Assembly: GCA_963716255.1 (NCBI GenBank)
Contig: OY970303.1
Span: 768,001 to 832,000, forward strand
Reading direction: 5' to 3'
Origin: an uncultured Gemmatimonadales bacterium
GTDB taxonomy: Bacteria > Gemmatimonadota > Gemmatimonadetes > Longimicrobiales > Longimicrobiaceae
DNA: 64,000 bases
Every line of letters starts with the position of its first letter. Within the stretch, counting starts at the first letter, position 1. Made by a program: the position numbers and the translations under genes. Of this stretch, positions 61,298-64,000 are shown piece by piece. The notes under the pieces are model-generated. The model did not search any database, was not told where the DNA came from, and was given only the letters and a program-made list of their open reading frames with translations.

Positions 61298-64000
61298 TCA
61301 GGCCTTCGCCAGCCCGATGGTCGCCGGCACACCGTCCAGGTCCACCTCGCGCACCTCGGCGTAGCCGCCGTCACCCAGGCCGCCCGGGCGCACCTGCAGG
61401 TCCGTCGCGAGCGTTTCCCCGGCGACGAACTCGCTCCAGCGGGCCAGCGCCGCGCGCAGCTCGCCGCCGCCGGCCACGCCCAGGCGAATGCGGTCGGCGA
61501 CCTCCAGGCCCGCGTCCTTGCGCAGGCGCTGCACGCGGTTCACCAGCTCGCGGGCCAGGCCCTCCTCGCGCAGCTCCGGCGTGACCGTGGGGTCCAGCGC
61601 GGCGGTGAAGCCGCCCTCGGCCTGCACCTGCAGGTCGCCGCGGGCGGTCTGCACGATCTCCAGGTCGTCCGCGGCCACGAGCACCGTCATCCCGTCCACC
61701 TCCACGGTCAGCGGCTCGCCGCGGCGGAAGCCCGCGAGCGCGTCCGAGGACAGCTCGCGGATGGCGCCGGCCACCTTCGGCGTCTGCTTGCCGTGGCGGG
61801 CGCCGAGCGCCTTGAAGCTGGGGCGCGCGGAAAAGGTCACCAGCTCCTCCGCCCGGTCCATGAAGTCCACCGACTTCACGTTCAGCTCGTCGCGGGCGAT
61901 GTCCAGCAGGTCGCCGCCCACCGCGTAGCCGTCCGGGACCACCGCGTACAGCGTCCCCAGCGGCTGGCGCACCCGGATCCCCACCTCCTCGCGCGCCGCG
62001 CGCCCCAGCGTCGCCAGGGTGCGCACCGCCACCATCCCACGCTCCAGCGCCTCGTCGCGCGCGCTCTCCCGCGCCGCGGGAAAGTCGGCCAGGTGCACGC
62101 TCTCGCCGGTGAGCGCGCGGTGCAGCCAGTCCGAGAAGAAAGGCGCGACCGGCGCCATCAGCCGGGCCACCAGCACCAGCGCGCCGTACAGCGTCGCGAA
62201 CGCCGCGCGGGCGTCCGCGCTCTCCGCCGTCCCCCAGAAGCGGTCGCGCGAGCGGCGCACGTACCAGTTGGACAGGTCGTCGGTGACGAAGTCGCCAAGC
62301 ACGCGGACCGCGCGCGTCAGGTTGTACGCTTCCATCTCCCCGCGCACCTCGCGCGTCACCGTCGCCAGGCGCGACAGCAGCCAGCGGTCCAGCGTCGAGC
62401 GGTCCACCGGGTCGCCACCGCCCCCCACGGGAGCCCACTCCTCCAGGCCGGCGTAGAGCGCGAAGAAGCGGTACGTGTTGCGCAGCGTGTCGAAGGTCTT
62501 GCGCTGCACCTCGCGCACGCCCTCCGGATCGAAGCGCTTGGGCACCCACGGGTTGGACGACGACAGCAGGTACCAGCGGATCGCGTCCGCGCCGAACTGC
62601 TCCACCGCCTCCCAGGGGTTCACGACGTTCCCCTTGGACTTGGACATCTTCTGCCCTTCGGCGTCCAGGATCAGGTCGTTCACCACCACGTTGCGGTACG
62701 ACGGGCCTCGCCCCAGCAGCGTGGAGATGGCCAGCAGCGAGTAGAACCACCCGCGCGTCTGGTCCACCCCCTCGCAGATGAAGTCGGCCGGGAACTGCCG
62801 CTCCTGCAGGGCCCGGTTCTCGAACGGGTAGTGGTGCTGCGCCCACGGCATCGCCCCCGAGTCGAACCAGACGTCGATCACCTCCGGGATGCGCCGCATC
62901 GTCCCCGCGCACCCGGGGTGCGTGCACGCCCAGGCGTGCTCGTCGATGAACGGCCGGTGCGGGTCGAAGGGCTCCGGGAGCGCGCCCGCCCGCTCGCGCA
63001 GCTCCGCGAACGACCCCAGCACCTCCACGTGCTGCTGCGGCGCGGCGCACACCCAGATGGGGAGCGGCGTCCCCCAGTAGCGGTTGCGCGAGATCGCCCA
63101 GTCCACGTTGTTCTCCAGCCACTCGCCGAAGCGCCCGCTCCCCACCTCCGGCGGGAACCAGCGGACCTCGGCGTTGTTGGCTAGCAGCTCGTCGCGCACC
63201 TGCGTGGTGCGGATGAACCACGAGTCGCGCGCCATGTACAGCAGCGGGCTCCCGCAGCGCCAGCAGTGCGGGTACGAGTGCTCCTCGCGGCTGGACCGGA
63301 ACACCTGGCCGCGCTTCTTCAGCTCGATCACCAGGTCCGTGTCCGCCTCCTTGACGAAGCGGCCGCCCACCAGCGGGATCTCCGCGCGGAAGGCGCCGCG
63401 GTCGTCCACCGGGTTCAGCACCGGCAGGCCGTGCTCCTGCCCCAGCGCGTAGTCGTCCGCGCCGAAGGCCGGGGCCGTGTGCACGATCCCCGTCCCGTCC
63501 TCCGCCGTCACCCAGTCCGCCCCGTACACCCGCCACGCCCGCGCCACCGAGTCGGCCGCGAACTCCGCCGTCCCCACCCAGTCGAAGGGGCGGGCGTAGC
63601 GCAGCCCCACCAGCTCCGCCGCCGGAAAGGTCCGCGACACCGCGGCCTCCGCCCCGAAGAGCGCGGCCACGCGCGCCGCCGCCAGCACCAGCCGGCGCCC
63701 CTCGTGCTCCACCTCCGCGTACTCCAGGGACGGGTTCACCGCCAGCGCCGTGTTGGACACCAGCGTCCACGGCGTGGTGGTCCACACCAGCAGCTCGCGC
63801 CCGTCCGGCCCGCCGTCCTCGCCCACGACGGGGAGGATCACGTACAGCGACGGGTCCTTGACGTCGCGGTAGCCCTGCGCCACCTCGTGGCTGCTGAGCC
63901 CCGTCCCGCAGCGCGGGCAGTAGGGGAGGATCTTGTGCCCCCGGTACACCAGCCCGCGGTCGGCGATCTGCTTCACCAGCCACCACACCGACTCCACGTA
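61298..64000 (-). CDS. ileS: Isoleucine--tRNA ligase (5' truncated by window edge), type-2-like
   Basis: WTTTPWTL, GTGIVH.AP, DWAISRNRYWGTP, EGVDQTRGWF, KMSKS. Confidence 0.97.
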   Translation of the reverse strand, partial: YVESVWWLVKQIADRGLVYRGHKILPYCPRCGTGLSSHEVAQGYRDVKDPSLYVILPVVGEDGGPDGRELLVWTTTPWTLVSNTALAVNPSLEYAEVEHEGRRLVLAAARVAALFGAEAAVSRTFPAAELVGLRYARPFDWVGTAEFAADSVARAWRVYGADWVTAEDGTGIVHTAPAFGADDYALGQEHGLPVLNPVDDRGAFRAEIPLVGGRFVKEADTDLVIELKKRGQVFRSSREEHSYPHCWRCGSPLLYMARDSWFIRTTQVRDELLANNAEVRWFPPEVGSGRFGEWLENNVDWAISRNRYWGTPLPIWVCAAPQQHVEVLGSFAELRERAGALPEPFDPHRPFIDEHAWACTHPGCAGTMRRIPEVIDVWFDSGAMPWAQHHYPFENRALQERQFPADFICEGVDQTRGWFYSLLAISTLLGRGPSYRNVVVNDLILDAEGQKMSKSKGNVVNPWEAVEQFGADAIRWYLLSSSNPWVPKRFDPEGVREVQRKTFDTLRNTYRFFALYAGLEEWAPVGGGGDPVDRSTLDRWLLSRLATVTREVRGEMEAYNLTRAVRVLGDFVTDDLSNWYVRRSRDRFWGTAESADARAAFATLYGALVLVARLMAPVAPFFSDWLHRALTGESVHLADFPAARESARDEALERGMVAVRTLATLGRAAREEVGIRVRQPLGTLYAVVPDGYAVGGDLLDIARDELNVKSVDFMDRAEELVTFSARPSFKALGARHGKQTPKVAGAIRELSSDALAGFRRGEPLTVEVDGMTVLVAADDLEIVQTARGDLQVQAEGGFTAALDPTVTPELREEGLARELVNRVQRLRKDAGLEVADRIRLGVAGGGELRAALARWSEFVAGETLATDLQVRPGGLGDGGYAEVREVDLDGVPATIGLAKA

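Overview
Very GC-rich bacterial chromosome segment. Gene content (ADOP permease/PadR, MglA-Roadblock-Che cluster, type-2-like ileS-lspA-rluD) suggests Gemmatimonadota or a similar soil lineage; this is inference. The left 40 kb mixes housekeeping genes (rsmI, trxA, mce, clpB, M3/M14 peptidases, YdeP-type molybdoenzyme, tRNA-Val) with accessory content: a bacterial GRAS-domain gene, a lamin-tail NucA nuclease with NuiA inhibitor, an Xre/RES toxin-antitoxin pair, a decayed PIN-type TA pair, a complete IS630, an IS5 remnant, a LytTR/LytS module with visible operators, and a secreted six-Cys defensin-like peptide. The right 24 kb (minus strand) holds a ~19 kb tightly coupled cluster. It joins a receptor-less Che pathway (CheW x3, CheY, CheA, CheC, CheR, CheD, CheB) to MglA, three Roadblock proteins, two DUF4388-TPR proteins, large TPR proteins and a tandem-AAA+ DnaA-like protein with no DNA-binding domain. 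Intergenic spaces carry a family of multi-hairpin repeats with covarying stems and a conserved AAAC(A/T)GCC / AAACAAC loop. All family assignments are by motif recognition, not database search.
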